Assembly: GCA_951406725.2 (NCBI GenBank)
Contig: OX597818.1
Location: 65,038,001-65,102,000 of the forward strand
Source: Octopus vulgaris
Taxonomy: Eukaryota
Direction: 5' to 3'
DNA: 64,000 bases
Under the pieces are notes generated by a model. The model saw only the letters and a program-made list of their open reading frames with translations. It had not been told where the DNA came from and made no database searches. This document shows, piece by piece, positions 1 through 13,099 of the stretch (positions are counted from its first letter, which is position 1; every line of letters begins with the position of its first letter). The translations under genes were made by a program, and so were the position numbers.

Positions 1-1460
1 AGAGTCCCTCAGATGATATTTGGTGTTACAAGAAAGTACCTGCCGTGGAACAACTCCTTATGATTTGAGTGCTATCTTCTGGTTAAATCATGTCAAATGA
101 CAGGAGTTAGCTAAAACACACAATGATTCCGAGGGTGGTCACATGACTTGCGTTTCAGCATTTTTGTAGAGAGTGCATAATGGCAAATCATTTAAATATG
201 GGATAAGCTGAATAACTTCCGTAAATGACATGATAAGCCATACGAGAATAGACGGCGTAGGTAAAAAAAAGTCCTCACCGTTGGGCAAATCAATGTCTTT
301 TATCGAGTAATAAGCGACAGTTTTTGAATATAAATTTTTGGGAACCAGTCTTGGTCTTCACGTTCCTCAACGCTGGACATATATTGGGCAGACTTGAACA
401 ATGAACTGTTTCGACCTGCATAGAAGCGAACGAGTGATAAAGTCTTCACAGCAGCAATTACAAAAATGATTAAACAATCGATGACAATATCGATGCAGAC
501 AGTGTAAAGAAATTGGAAACTAAAAAAATTATTTGCGTTTGAAACTTGTGTCAAAGCAGTTATTCAAAATGCGTCTTGTGTCTCCAAACAATCATCGGGC
601 TCTGAGTAGATTGTTTGTTTTGTGTGTAAATGAGGACTGTTGTACATGGGACATCACAAGGAAAAAATGCGCACGGGCTCCGCTCACTGATATGAGGCCC
701 CGCTTGCTATATCATCTGGTTATAAAAAAAACTCAATGTTCTTATAGCCATCACTCATCGTCTCTTTTTAACCAATCCCGGTGGATAGCCTTTTTCAGTG
801 TAGTTTGGATATCGGTCATGATGGTATTTACTTTAGGGCGGCTAGCTGATGGAAAGGTTAGCGCTACGTCTGCCGCTACGTTCTGAGTTCAAATTCCGCC
901 GTGGTCGACTTCGCCTTTCATCCTTTCGGGGTCGATAGATTAAGTACCAGTTACGCACTGGGGTCGATGTAATCGACTTAATACCTATGTCTGTCCGTGT
1001 TTGTCCACTCTGTGTTTAGCCCCATGAGGGTAGTAAAGAAATAGGTATTTACTTTATGATGAGTTAGGTCTAATGATAACAACAGCTGCCTCACATAGTG
1101 TCCAACAAACCCCCTACATCCGTCTTCGATTGGAAAATGTCTCTAAACAGAAATTGAGACACTTTTCCACTGATTTATCAAGTAAGTTCGATCTACATCT
1201 GTTGTCGGTGATGTTATTGCAATTTCCATATTTGTGGAATTGAAGCACCATGTGTTTGAACTCTAATTGTAGTTATCGATAATTCTTCCACATATTTTAG
1301 CTTGGGCACGTGACAACTATTTTCTGCAACGATTTGCAGCATACATATGGATGCACTTGTAATTTCGTTTTCATTTAGATATTTGCAAATAATCATTGTC
1401 ATTTGTCTTCTATGATCCGAGAGATTTCTCGCATACTCAGATTTACAGATTTTAGGCATA
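1..1460 (-). pseudogene. Decayed Toll-like receptor relic (LRR - TM - TIR-like), interrupted by a SINE
   Basis: Manual minus-strand translation gives LRR-like KYLNENEITS, LLSLDLTHHKVNTI (frame continues once the 836-1043 SINE is removed) and IRTLSFFYNQM. These are followed by hydrophobic FLYTVCIDIVIDCLIIFVIAAV and then TIR-like EDQDWF...IQKL, EDFFLPTPSI and FAIMHSL. Many stops and frameshifts. Confidence 0.4.
836..1043 (+). mobile_element. tRNA-derived SINE with Meta-like central domain, 13-bp TSD
   Basis: B-box GAGTTCAAATTCC and core GTCGACTTCGCCTTTCATCCTTTCGGGGTCGAT..AAGTACCAG. Direct repeat GGTATTTACTTTA at 823-835 and 1044-1056. Confidence 0.85.
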
Positions 1461-1805
1461 ACTGCAGATTATAGGGTTAAATATAATTAAGCACAATAGG
1501 GCAATTTCCTTGTTAATTTGTTTACAGCTGAGTAAATATTAATACGAGAGAGATGTATGGAGACCGTGGTAGTTGCGATAGGGATGCCTGGAAATTTTGA
1601 TGAGCTGAGAGATTGAAAATTATATGTCTAAGCAATAAAAATCTTTCAGAGTAACATCAACCCTTAAGAGTTAACCACATTTAGGCGGCAAATATTCTTC
1701 ACGATGTCGTGCAGAGACTGTTCGTACCTCAAACAGATTTTTATTGGTTGTTTCCACTTTTTCGACATTAGTGAATTTTCGTCACCGGAAAAAGTATATA
1801 TATAT

Positions 1806-2065
1806 AACATTGTCCCGAGGGAGATCCAATAGGAAAAGGATCCCATCAACGTTAAACGGAGTCTGGATAGATTCCTTCAAAGAATACCAGATAAGCCACC
1901 CATAATTGGATACAACTAACCCAACAAGAACTCACTACTTGAATGGACCATAAACAAAACTTGACTTAAACAGGATTCGAATAATCCTATCAGGTGGTGC
2001 TATTAAGTTAGACATGGCCTGGACCAATCTTTGGTCGAAACATATCTAAGTTTTATCTAAGTTTA
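1806..2065 (+). mobile_element. 3' end of CR1-like LINE
   Basis: Reads NIVPREIQ*EKDPINVKRSLDRFLQRIPDKPP...NSLLEW, homologous to 30928-31410. 3'UTR GGTGGTGC...CATGGCC and ATCTAAGTTT tail repeats; sits in (TA)n. Confidence 0.8.
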
Positions 2066-2381
2066 TATGTATATATATATAAGTTTATATGTATATATAT
2101 ATATATGTATAGAAATTAAATATAAATTGCCAAGTGGGACAAGAACTCAAAAACACACAAGGAGACGACACAAAAAAACAGACGGGTCACTCGAAGCCTC
2201 TAATCTTCAGTCGGGAACCGGATCATCTTAGTAATTTCGGCTGTTTAATCTCGATATTACTCCGACCCGGCCAGCATCAAGGAAAAACCAAGCCACAGGC
2301 ATTGGATTTCTTGGATGCATATATGTAGATATATATATATTTGCATTGAGAACCCCTTCACATTCGCCAACCGGTGGTTGT

Positions 2382-2428
2382 CCTACGCTGATGACGGGTC
2401 AATGCCCAGAAACTCGGGTCACGTCAGG
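2382..2428 (+). ncRNA. Minimal type-I hammerhead ribozyme-like motif (slightly degenerate)
   Basis: CCTACG-CTGATGA-C GGGT caat GCCC A-GAAAC-TCGG-GTC-aCGTcAGG: catalytic core boxes, stem II, GUC triplet and an imperfect stem I. Confidence 0.55.
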
Positions 2429-2850
2429 CTGGAGATGAGAAGGATGAAAGGATGACTTCCCTTTGCAAATAGTGATAGGGCACAGATAGTGTGTCAATAT
2501 CCAGCTGGAGGAGATGTCTTCTTGGGGCTACAATCTACAGTAGCATCCACCCTTAGGGGTTAGCCACATTTAGGGGGCAAATATTCTTTAAGTTTTTATT
2601 GGTAAAAAGGCATATTTCAATACCTGATAATTTCATAGATGCTATGTATTTTTTAGCATTTGTTATTCTTCAATCCAAAGCTAGCGCAGATTGAATAAGA
2701 CGTTTGAGTATAAGCGTTCCAGCCGTGTCAGTTCGCATTAAGATATCAGCCATTCGATTAAAGCATTTCTTATATGATAATATGTTTCCACTATGTCTGG
2801 TAAGCTTTATACGAATGATGACGAAGTACGATGAACACAGTAGCAACGAT

Positions 2851-2973
2851 TCTGCTGCTGCTGCTGCTGCCGCTGCTGCTGCTGCTGTCGCTGCTGTCGC
2901 TGCTGTCGCTGCTGCTGCTGCTGCTGCTACTACTGCCGATAATAATAATGATGACGACCTTGATGATGTAATC

Positions 2974-3008
<35 letters not shown>

Positions 3009-3013
3009 CGACG

Positions 3014-3044
<31 letters not shown>

Positions 3045-3058
3045 TGGTGATTATGATA
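2851..3058. repeat. Compound trinucleotide microsatellite (GCT)n/(GAT)n/(GAC)n
   Basis: Directly visible; explains the poly-A/poly-D ORFs. Confidence 0.95.
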
Positions 3059-3619
3059 TTTGCTGCAGTTACAATGGCGAGTTTTTTCGATAGTCTGCAA
3101 AAATCTGTTTCAGTTACAGTAAAAACCTATTTTAGCTTGTTTTCAAAAATGTTCCACAAAATCAAAAGAAAAAAAAGTGTCACGTTGCATTTCTACTTTA
3201 GGAATCGTATGTTAAATGCATTTTAATTTTTTCCATTTTCACCAAACGACTGTCACAAGACATTGCTCTCTGTAGTTTCATGAACGTTGATAGCCCCCTG
3301 TTATTTATTTCTAATTTTGTATGAAGGCCAGCAATTTTTAGAAGAGATGTTGATAACATCCAACAAAATGGTAACCTACACTTTATTTTATCGATCCCGG
3401 GTGGAATCTCAACCTAGAACCTGAAGAACTGGAGCCGGGCTGTAAGGATTTTGCCGACAGTCTGTTGATTAAAGTATAGTCCAAATCATGTTTTCAAGTT
3501 TTCAAGCGGTTATAGGTTTTTTTGTACAATGTAAGTCTCTTCTTTTCCATAATAACTATTTTGTTTTTCCACTTGGCTGCTCTTTCTAAGAAGCCAACAA
3601 TCAAAGTGTGCTGTCCCTC

Positions 3620-4200
3620 CCAGTAGATATTGCAATGGTTCTGTTTTTCAGATTATGTAAATGGCAATCATTATTTTTCGACAATAAACAATGACATCAG
3701 TTCCCATGTAAGTTAACTCGTATTTATATTTATGATGTATAGTTAATGGATGCTGATTTCTATATTTTCAACTTTATCGGTTTGAATAGTATAAGATTCG
3801 ATTGTAGGCGTTGTGTGAAAGAAGCGAATAACGGGATAACGAATGAGTATACCTTTACAATGCCTTAGCTGTGTTCACTGCAGGTGTATTCCTGCGATCA
3901 TTAAAATAGACATGAATATGTATTTATATCACCATTTTGTAATTGGAATTAAACGAAATAACACATGTTCGCCTTATAATGCAAACTGTTTTTCTGAATG
4001 AGGTATTTAGTTATTAGAATTGTGGATATCTTAAGTGAACCATTCAATACCATAAACATCTGCACTCAAACGAATATTAATACAGAACGAAATTACTAAA
4101 TGTTTTTGTGATCCAGTTTACGAGAATTTTCTACTTAATAGTAACATTATCACGAAATATGTCGTTAAATATTTAGAACCAGTGAGGTTCAAATGGATAA
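3620..4200 (-). pseudogene. Possible LRR ectodomain relic (TLR array member)
   Basis: Weak LRR-like peptides WITKTFSNF, ISFNPITK (with a frameshift) and ELTYMGTDVIVYCRKI. Confidence 0.25.
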
Positions 4201-4415
4201 AATCGCTTTCAGAATTACATATTCACATATAGGTAAACAGATACCTGAGTAATACAACAATAGGACTTTTATCACATGAATTATTAAGCTATGATATTTC
4301 TAACTCCCAATTCCTAAAATTCAAGTGCAAAGAATTATCTAGATTCTGCGTACGATGATATTACATTAAATATCAGAGAACAACCAGTAACGATTCGAAA
4401 TGTAAGTTAGAAATA

Positions 4416-4964
4416 CGAGGGTGAGTCAAAAAGTAATGCCCTTTTGTGTAGGACAGGGATAATTACGGACACATGAACATGTATTATACATTAAAATGAA
4501 GCTGGTCCTCTGTGGATTACATTCCTACTTCTCAACATAGTCACCGTTTCTCTCAATAGCAATGTTCTACCTTCGAATGAGAGCATGTATCCCTGCCCCA
4601 TAAAATTATGTTGACTGTTCTTTGAGCCACTTCTTCACTACAGTTTTCACTTCCTCGTCACTGGACTATCATCTCTTCGGCCTCACCAAAGATGATTTGA
4701 GAGGCAAACATTATTCCAGTGACGAAGAAGAAAAAACTGTAGTCAAGAAGTGGATCAAAGAACAGTCAACAGAATTTTACGGGGCAGGGATACATGCTCT
4801 CATTCGAAGGTAGAACATTGCTATTGAGAGAAACGGTGACTATGTTGTGAAGTAGGGATGTGATCCCCAGAGGACCAGCTTCATTTTGATGTATGATACT
4901 TGTTCCTGTGCTGGTAATTATACCTGTCCTAAACAAAATGGCATTACTTTTTGACTCAACCACG
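4416..4964. mobile_element. Mariner-derived foldback element made of two inverted copies of a mariner 3' end
   Basis: TA|CGAGGGTGAGTCAAAAAGTAATGCC ... GGCATTACTTTTTGACTCAACCACG termini. Arms about 4416-4665 and 4715-4964 are reverse complements. Encodes mariner C-terminus DYHLFGLTKDDLRGKHY...FYGAGIHALIRR*...NGDYV. Confidence 0.9.
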
Positions 4965-5626
4965 TGCATTTAAATATGTCCAATGTATAGGCCCTACGGA
5001 TTAAGAAACAGTTTCATGAAAGCATGCAAGAACAGAAATTCGTGAACAAACGTTGCTGGTGTCACGTAAAAGGCATCCGTGCTGGTGGTAGGTATAAAGC
5101 ACTCTTTGAACGTTGGGCCTCACGAAGGGGATGAGTGACAGAGACCTTTGAAGATATGCAATGCTAGAGAAGATTCGGCGAGCCAAGTAAAAACATAGCT
5201 GCGGCCGATGTAGGAGTCATGTGACTGGCAACCGTCAGTTTAATCATTGCTAATAAAAACAGTGGGATAACATTTACTTGTATCTGAATGTATGTTGTGA
5301 GTTGTTAGGCAGGGTTTGCTGTTGCGGATGCTCAGCTACTGAATATCCTTAGGTGAAATTTGGTTAAAAGACGCTGATAACGGGTCTGTATTTTCTACAG
5401 CCGGATACAATCTGTTGGTAGTCACATGGATAAAAGTAATGAGAAGAGAAATGCATTAGCGAGAGAAGGGATAATACGCTAATAAGATTTGGGAAGGAAA
5501 TTATAGGAACGAAGCAAGAATATAAAGGATAAGGATAACACACAAACGAAAAGAAGTAGCAAATGTTAGGAAAGCTGCAAAAGAATGATGTCAGAAATAA
5601 ACGAAAGCAGAAAAATGTGAAATATA

Positions 5627-5684
5627 GTGATGATGATTACGACGATGATGATGGTGATGGTGATGGTGATGACGATGATGATGT

Positions 5685-5723
<39 letters not shown>

Positions 5724-5760
5724 GGAGGAGGAGGAGGAGGAGGAGGACGGTGATGGCGAC
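5627..5760. repeat. (GAT)n/(GAG)n microsatellite
   Basis: Directly visible. Confidence 0.95.
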
Positions 5761-6091
5761 ACTTAAGGATGCCATAAAATAGGGAAAATTGCATTTACAT
5801 TAGTTATAGAATAAGTAAAGTTTGGAAGGAATGATAAAGTATATAAATATCAGAAGTGAATCTGCCATTAAATGTCGGAGAAATGTATAAACACACAGCC
5901 ATTCAATGGTACATAAGGCTCTGCTGGAATTTGAGAGAAAAATAGTTCAAATCTCTTTAGGGGCTACCGGTTAGTGTTTTCCGTTTCTAAGGGTATTTTT
6001 ACCAGATTTTCTAAAAGCAGTTTTTACAGCTCTCCTCCCATTTGCAGAAGCTCCCACACACACATAGATACACACACACCCACACACACAT

Positions 6092-6130
<39 letters not shown>

Positions 6131-6160
6131 CATATATATATACACACACACACAAACAAA

Positions 6161-6226
<66 letters not shown>

Positions 6227-6234
6227 TCTATATA

Positions 6235-6475
6235 TATTTTTTTCAGAATGAGATAAAAAAAACCAAGGCTGTGAAGCGTTCTAAAATCTTTACAGCTTTG
6301 GTTTGTTTTTTTTATCTTTTTCGGAAAATAAATTACATATACACATGCTGATATATGACCTATGTTGGACTCCTTATTCGCATAATCACCGAAACTTGGA
6401 GCTTAAATATTGTCTATCCATAGCACTTACTCAACATTTACCTGACACCTTTGTGTCTTACTCTCAAAACCTATA
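6235..6475 (+). repeat. Interspersed repeat; second copy at about 21040-21230 on the minus strand
   Basis: Shared GGACyCCTTATTCGCATA...TAGCACTTACTCArCATT(T)ACCTGACAC. Internal hairpin at 6253-6315. Confidence 0.7.
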
Positions 6476-6715
6476 TATTTATGTATATATATATTCGAGA
6501 GTAAACAAGAAAGACAGAGACAGGCAGAAACAAGGAAAATATCCCCTTGTGTTTGAATACTATGCAAATATTTTTTTAAACCTTTTCATTTAGTTTTTCC
6601 ATAATTTAATTGTTTTCCATACTTACAGTTAAATAAGTCCCAATGAACGAAACTGGTACTGAAAAGTTTTTTTTATAAATTTATTTTAGCACATTCTACA
6701 TGGACTTTTTCCACA

Positions 6716-6762
<47 letters not shown>

Positions 6763-6769
6763 GTAATGC

Positions 6770-7045
6770 ATGTGACTAATCATTGTATTTTGTAACTTTT
6801 CATTTGCATTGCTCGCTTACATTCGGGCGTTTTCTGAATTTTCTTGAGAACAATCTTTTCCAGGTGATCAGGCCACTGGGGACTATATCTAGCATATTGC
6901 ATTTCCACCTAGTGATCATCCCTCTTATATGTACATAATACAAGTTTTCTGAATCCTCAGATTCTTTCCATATGCCAGGCCACTGGTTTAAATTGATATT
7001 AATCAAATTAATATTCAATTTTTACCCTTACTGTTTAAATTTGAA
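6770..7045 (+). repeat. Older copy of the TA-embedded element found at 24540-24975
   Basis: Similar to 24841-24970 and to the reverse complement of 24540-24612 (CCACTGGT..AATTGAT.TT..TCAAATTAATAT.CAATTTTT.CCC). Confidence 0.6.
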
Positions 7046-7449
7046 TATATATATATAGAAAGATAGTTAGATAGATAAATATATATACATACATACATAC
7101 ATATACGCACACATTCAGATATTTTGTAAAAGCAGAGGAATTATCTCGTATGAAGTTGATGAGTCCATTCATTTTCGGCATGTTCTTTCATAGAAGAGTG
7201 AATGGCTATCACAGATCAATTGTGTCTCTGTCCTGAAAATTCTCCCAATATATATATGTGTGCGTATAAGGACAATCAAGAACCGGAATTTAATTTTAAT
7301 TTTTCCTTTTCGCTGGTTTAGTCAATCTCGATTCTTCGATACATCTTCTGTGTACCGGAGTAAATTGCTCTCTGTGTCTGGATTCCGTAGTATATTCTTC
7401 TAAATCCCGAGCGATTTGTTAAGTGCTAATTATAAACGAGGACCTCATT

Positions 7450-7750
7450 CTTGTTACCCCTTTGTCCTGTGTTTATATTAAATTAATTCTTAAGCTTCAG
7501 TCAACATCAGATTACAGTTTGATTTGCAGAGTTATATATACAAGCAACAATTCATACTTAGATCAACAGATCGCTGAATATGTGATATTAAATCAAAACA
7601 TTGATGCCCAATGTTTAGCTGATGTTCTTGAAAGCTTGCTTCAACTTTACATACAAAGTTTATAGGAACAAACTTCTACTGTGTTCTCAGGAACAAAATA
7701 TAACAGGGAATGCTGCACGTGCGTTTGAGTCTTCAGCAACAGTTTCGAAA
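7450..7750 (-). pseudogene. Possible N-terminal LRR relic (TLR array member)
   Basis: Minus-strand peptides FVPENTVEV and QRSVDLSMN. Confidence 0.3.
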
Positions 7751-8299
7751 TTCAAATATTATCCCACCCAAACATAACACATACACAAATATGGTGGCTG
7801 CCCCCTCGTTATCGAGTATGGCCATTGCACGAGGCTTAATCAATGTCGTTATCGTGCAATGCCTGTGCAAGAAGATTTTTTTATAGTGAGGAAAAGCTGT
7901 CCACTGCGTCAATCCCACTCACTAAGCAACAGCAGCCATAATCCGAAAGGAAGAACAAGTCAACATCATTGGTAACCACTGAGCCGCAGGTTTTATGTCG
8001 GAGTTATCCCAGTTACCTGAGTTGCCTTCTCCTAGAAGGATGCCCTAACAAATGCTAGGAGTCCTTCACTCCCAATTGTTTAACCGCACGATCGGGCATT
8101 CAGTCCGATTATTTCTATGTCCCCGCGCATGATACAGCCTTAAGACATTTATTGGATGGCCGTTGACTCTCAAGAGTTCCTCTGCCCTTTGACGGGTTTT
8201 GTTTTTCATCCCGCAGGGTTTCCAATAAACACCCTCTTCACCAAGCTCATACATACACACATGTTAATTTGAGCATCATCAGCACTTTTTGTGGGGATA

Positions 8300-9050
8300 C
8301 TTATTACAATTTATGAAGACGGTAACATGTGCAATTGGAAGGACATTTAGCTGTAGTTCCGAGCGCCTCAGATATTTACTCTGAATGTCTAATTAGACAA
8401 CATCTAAGCGCTTCAACGCATATAATAAAGAACAAATATGCCCTAATATATCCTTCTTCTTCAAGCAGTAGAACATGCGATTATCTATATATATAAAGCT
8501 GAAGTTGTCTGTGTGTGTCAGGTTTGCTACACTTCAACTAAACACTATCTCCTCCGTGACCCTGCGGTGCAAGTTGACCAAAATTTTGCTCTGTATTCCG
8601 TAGGAGATAAAATTTAAATCGGACCATGTTAAGTCCAAACATTATTTACATCAAAAAGTTGCTTTTTTCTATGAAAATGCCTATTTTTTACGATTTTGTG
8701 ACTGCTGTGTCGCCACTTTTCGGTGTACTTCAACCAGAAAAATGTTCCCTTAAAGAGAATAACAAGCTACATAATGCACGATTTTTAATTTTTCAACAAT
8801 TCCAATTCTAAAGGGTCGAAACAAACCCGAGCAACGCCGGGCAATACTGCTAGTAAAGAATATAGTTGGAAATATTTGGTTATCTCCCTCGATTTGAATC
8901 AATATTATATACAAACCTACATTCCCTCATTGTAAATGTCAACGTCTACATATCCTAACGCATTCCCTTTAGCGAGCCGAAGCGCATAATATATTTTAGA
9001 TTTGACTTCTGTATTGAGCAATTCGAAAAAAGTAATTGCCTTCATTCAAA
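8300..9050 (-). pseudogene. Possible juxtamembrane/TIR relic split by a Helitron
   Basis: YRSQI*NIL upstream of the Helitron; VLLLEEEGY and KCPFQLHM (cf. TIR WCxFELxMA) downstream of it. Confidence 0.3.
8484..8853 (+). mobile_element. Non-autonomous Helitron
   Basis: 5' A|TCTATATATATAAAG, subterminal hairpin CCCGAGC-AAC-GCCGGG, 3' CTAG|T; inserted between A and T with no TSD. Confidence 0.85.
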
Positions 9051-9242
9051 TCCATCAAAGAATGATAAAAGTGGTTGAAATTTTAATATTGAATTTTGAT
9101 AGTATATCAAGGAATGCATTCACTAAATTGTTCTTTTTAAAACTGTAAGATCGATGTTCTGTGGGAGGTGTCGCTGCTAATACTAAAATTTGAAACGGAT
9201 ATTCATCCGGCACACATTCATTCATATATATATATGATTCGA

Positions 9243-9276
<34 letters not shown>

Positions 9277-9289
9277 TCGAATCGTGGCT

Positions 9290-9640
9290 CTCCTTCCATT
9301 ACGACAATGAGGGTTACAGTTGATCCGATTAATGGAACAGCCACCTCGTGAAATTGACGTGTACGTGGCTGAGTACTCCACAGACACGTGTTATCTTACA
9401 ATGTAGTTCTCGGGAAAATTTCAGTGTGAGACAATTAGTGACAAGGCTGATCCTATGAAATACATGTACAACAGAAACAGTGAAAGTTGCGATGAAAGAG
9501 TACAGCACCCCCTGACGGAACCTCACGGAGATTTAGATGTTTTCGCTCAATAAACACTCACAGCCCAGGTCTTGGAATCGAAACCGCGATCCACGACCGC
9601 GAGTACGCTGACTTAACCACTGGACAATTGCGCCTCCACA
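9290..9640 (-). mobile_element. tRNA-derived SINE (same family as 32693-33075)
   Basis: Reverse complement begins GGAGGCGCAATTGTCCAGTGGTTAAG..GGTTTCGATTCC and matches the 32693 copy along its length. Confidence 0.85.
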
Positions 9641-10047
9641 ATAAGTAAGAATACACGCACATTACATTAGAAAAAATCGCCCATATGTGTCTGTGTACGT
9701 GTGCGAGTGTGTCTGTGCCTGTGTATGTGCGAGTGTGTCTGTATCTGTATATGTGAGCCTACACCTACTAAATCATAAACATAAACCAACTCAACACAAG
9801 GAGGCGTGAAAACAACAAAGACTGGTGAGTGTATAATAAATGATATAATTCTAGTATAAAGGGATGTCTTAATTAGCTGCTGAGAGTTACATTTTCAGTG
9901 ACATTAACGAAAATGCGAGTCGTAAAACAGAAGAATCTCAATACTTAAATACAAATACGAACACTGCTGAATGGCAAAAAAGAAAATTATATTACATTCA
10001 TATACCTAACATACAACACATTCGTCTATGTGTATTTACTACGTATG

Positions 10048-10122
<75 letters not shown>

Positions 10123-10282
10123 ATATATATATATATATATATATATAAGCTTATGTATGGATATAGAAGTATGTGTGAGTGTGCGTTCTTGTGAGTTAAG
10201 AGTAATCCCTCAAGTAAACAGTGTAAATAGGTAGGACAAGCGTGAAAACGTTGATTTCGTTTTGAATAGATATTGTTTTAAA

Positions 10283-10328
10283 AAGACATAAATCTCGTTT
10301 CGGCCATATAACTTACCTCAGATGTCTT
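10283..10328 (-). ncRNA. Degenerate minimal hammerhead motif
   Basis: AAGACAT-CTGAGGT-aagttatatggcc-GAAAC-GAGA-TTT-ATGTCTT: perfect 7-bp stem I but mutated core, stem II and triplet. Confidence 0.35.
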
Positions 10329-10756
10329 AATCGTTCGCCTCACACGAATAATGACAGACGAGACGTCGATGGAAATGAATATAAATCAGGAATAAATCGG
10401 CGGTTATACACGTAATTAGCAAGCATACGTCGCTATTTCAGAAGTACAAATTTCTCCTCAATTATTCTTCATTAAAAATACACTCACACACACACATATA
10501 CTCACACACACACACACACACACATGCATATATATATATATGTGTGTGTGTGTGTGTATATCTGTGTGTGTATGTATGTTTGTGAATATATATGTATACG
10601 CATATATACATATATAGATTCTTATATATGCATGTTTCTGTTAAAATATATCTCTTATATATATATACATGATCTATATATACCTATGTATTTATGCATC
10701 CTCACATACGTTTATATAGGTATATATGTATATATATGTACACATATTTATGTATG

Positions 10757-10815
<59 letters not shown>

Positions 10816-10951
10816 AAATATGGTAGAATGATTTACAGAAAAAATAGAGATTATGCGGATGGTTAAGGTAAGTACTTATATATATATATATATGGACACA
10901 TATATAGACATATGGACACATATATAGACAGAGAGATAGAGAGAGGGAAAG

Positions 10952-11014
<63 letters not shown>

Positions 11015-11260
11015 GACAGATAGAGATATAGTGTTAGGATACTCTACTGCGACAATGCGTATGTGGATAGTATTTTTAAATGTTTTGCGAAATTTGTTTA
11101 AATTCCCTACACACAACTCATTCCGCTAATGTATTCCAATGTTACCATTTTCTGATAATACTTACTATTTATTCACATTGTATATTTGAAAATGAATTCC
11201 TGTGTCTACCTGCCTATCTATCTGTCTCTTTGTCCATCTATGTATCTGTCTGTGTAAAGC

Positions 11261-11330
<70 letters not shown>

Positions 11331-11625
11331 GGTATGTATGTATGTACGTAGGTAGGTATGTATGTATGTATGTAAGTATGTATGTATATGCATATATCGA
11401 AAGAATTATGCAAATTGGGAATAATTCTTCATATAGTATTGACGATAGTATATATTGCAGGAAACCTATATTTTTGAGGTAATATATTCAGAATTTTGGG
11501 CGAACTCTTCATTTATAAGAATATTATTGGATTAATATATCAACTGTTGAATAACCTGTTTTGAATAGCTAAACGAGAGCAAACCGTTAAACGATTTGTT
11601 GCGTTCTCTTTCTATACATATATAC

Positions 11626-11698
<73 letters not shown>

Positions 11699-11735
11699 CA
11701 TACATATATGTATGTATATATGTATATATACATAC

Positions 11736-11814
<79 letters not shown>

Positions 11815-11818
11815 CGTA

Positions 11819-11854
<36 letters not shown>

Positions 11855-11920
11855 CATATTTAGATATATATATTGATAGATAGATAGATATAGATGTACA
11901 TATGCATATATATATATAAA

Positions 11921-11979
<59 letters not shown>

Positions 11980-12299
11980 AATATATATATATAGATAGAT
12001 ATAGATATACATATATATATATACATATATATATATAGTTGTCCGGGATATCTAGCATCACACGGATTCTGTCAAGAATGGCGCATTTGAATAATAGTTG
12101 CAACTCTATTTTGCCTTATAGACGGACTAGAGCCCAGTGAAACAAATCGTTGCGTTCAAATTGGCAAAAAGACGTCGGGAAACAAAATCTCGATCGTAAG
12201 ATGGTGGTTTAATATATCACGCCAGTAATACATGTAACTCATGTAATCAACTCATCTCGCGTGCTTGCGGCATGAGAAATAAGTAAAAAAAAAAATAAA

Positions 12300-12435
12300 A
12301 TCTTTTCTACTAAAAGATTAAGGCCTGAAAGTTTGAAGGAAGGGTCTAGTGGTTTATATCGACCCCAGTACGTAACTGGTACTTAATTTATCGACCTCGA
12401 AACGATGAAAGGCAAAGTTGACATCGGTGGAATAA
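12300..12435 (-). mobile_element. Meta-like SINE fragment
   Basis: ACTGGTACTTAATTTATCGACC..GATGAAAGGCAAAGTTGAC. Confidence 0.75.
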
Positions 12436-13099
12436 AAATAAATGTAATAACAAACAGGTGAAAACCGGATTTGTTATAAACTGTGAGTAAAACATTTAAA
12501 AATGGAACTGGTTATCCATTGAAAACGTAAGAGGTTAATGAAGAGAAACGCAAATTTGACGTCGGGTTTGCTAAAGAATTAGAAGGGAGAGGTTGAAAAA
12601 CAGTTATTGTGTATTTATAGATTTTATGTTATAACTTTTTCCAGATATTTCCATCTTGGTTTTGAACACTGATTGAGATATAAAATTCTTGCAAATCAAA
12701 TGCAGAATCTAGTCACATTGACACAGGCACGAACCCCTACACACAAACACACACACATACTCACGCACAATCTCTCTCTCTCACACTCACTCGCGCACAC
12801 ACATATACATTCATATACATACTCAATATCGACAGCCATATCCAACAAATATGTGGAGGTAAATGTGAGAAACCAGCCTCTCCATTAAGAAAGACACTGC
12901 GACAGCTCAGTCTCCCTCATTTTCTCACTATTCTCGTCTCTGTTGCAGTAAATATTCAACCAACATACTACACTAAACAGATTTTGTTACACTTATGCCA
13001 TTGCTCGATCGTGCCCGATGCAACATCTACCTACAGGAGATTTATGAATCAAGAACCGCAACTCTGCTGATTCATCCAACTTTCAATATAACTCTCTTT

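Noticed and set aside
2704-3093. Poly-Ala/poly-Asp ORF resembling an acidic protein
   Set aside because: Entirely explained by compound trinucleotide repeats; no domain or splice context.
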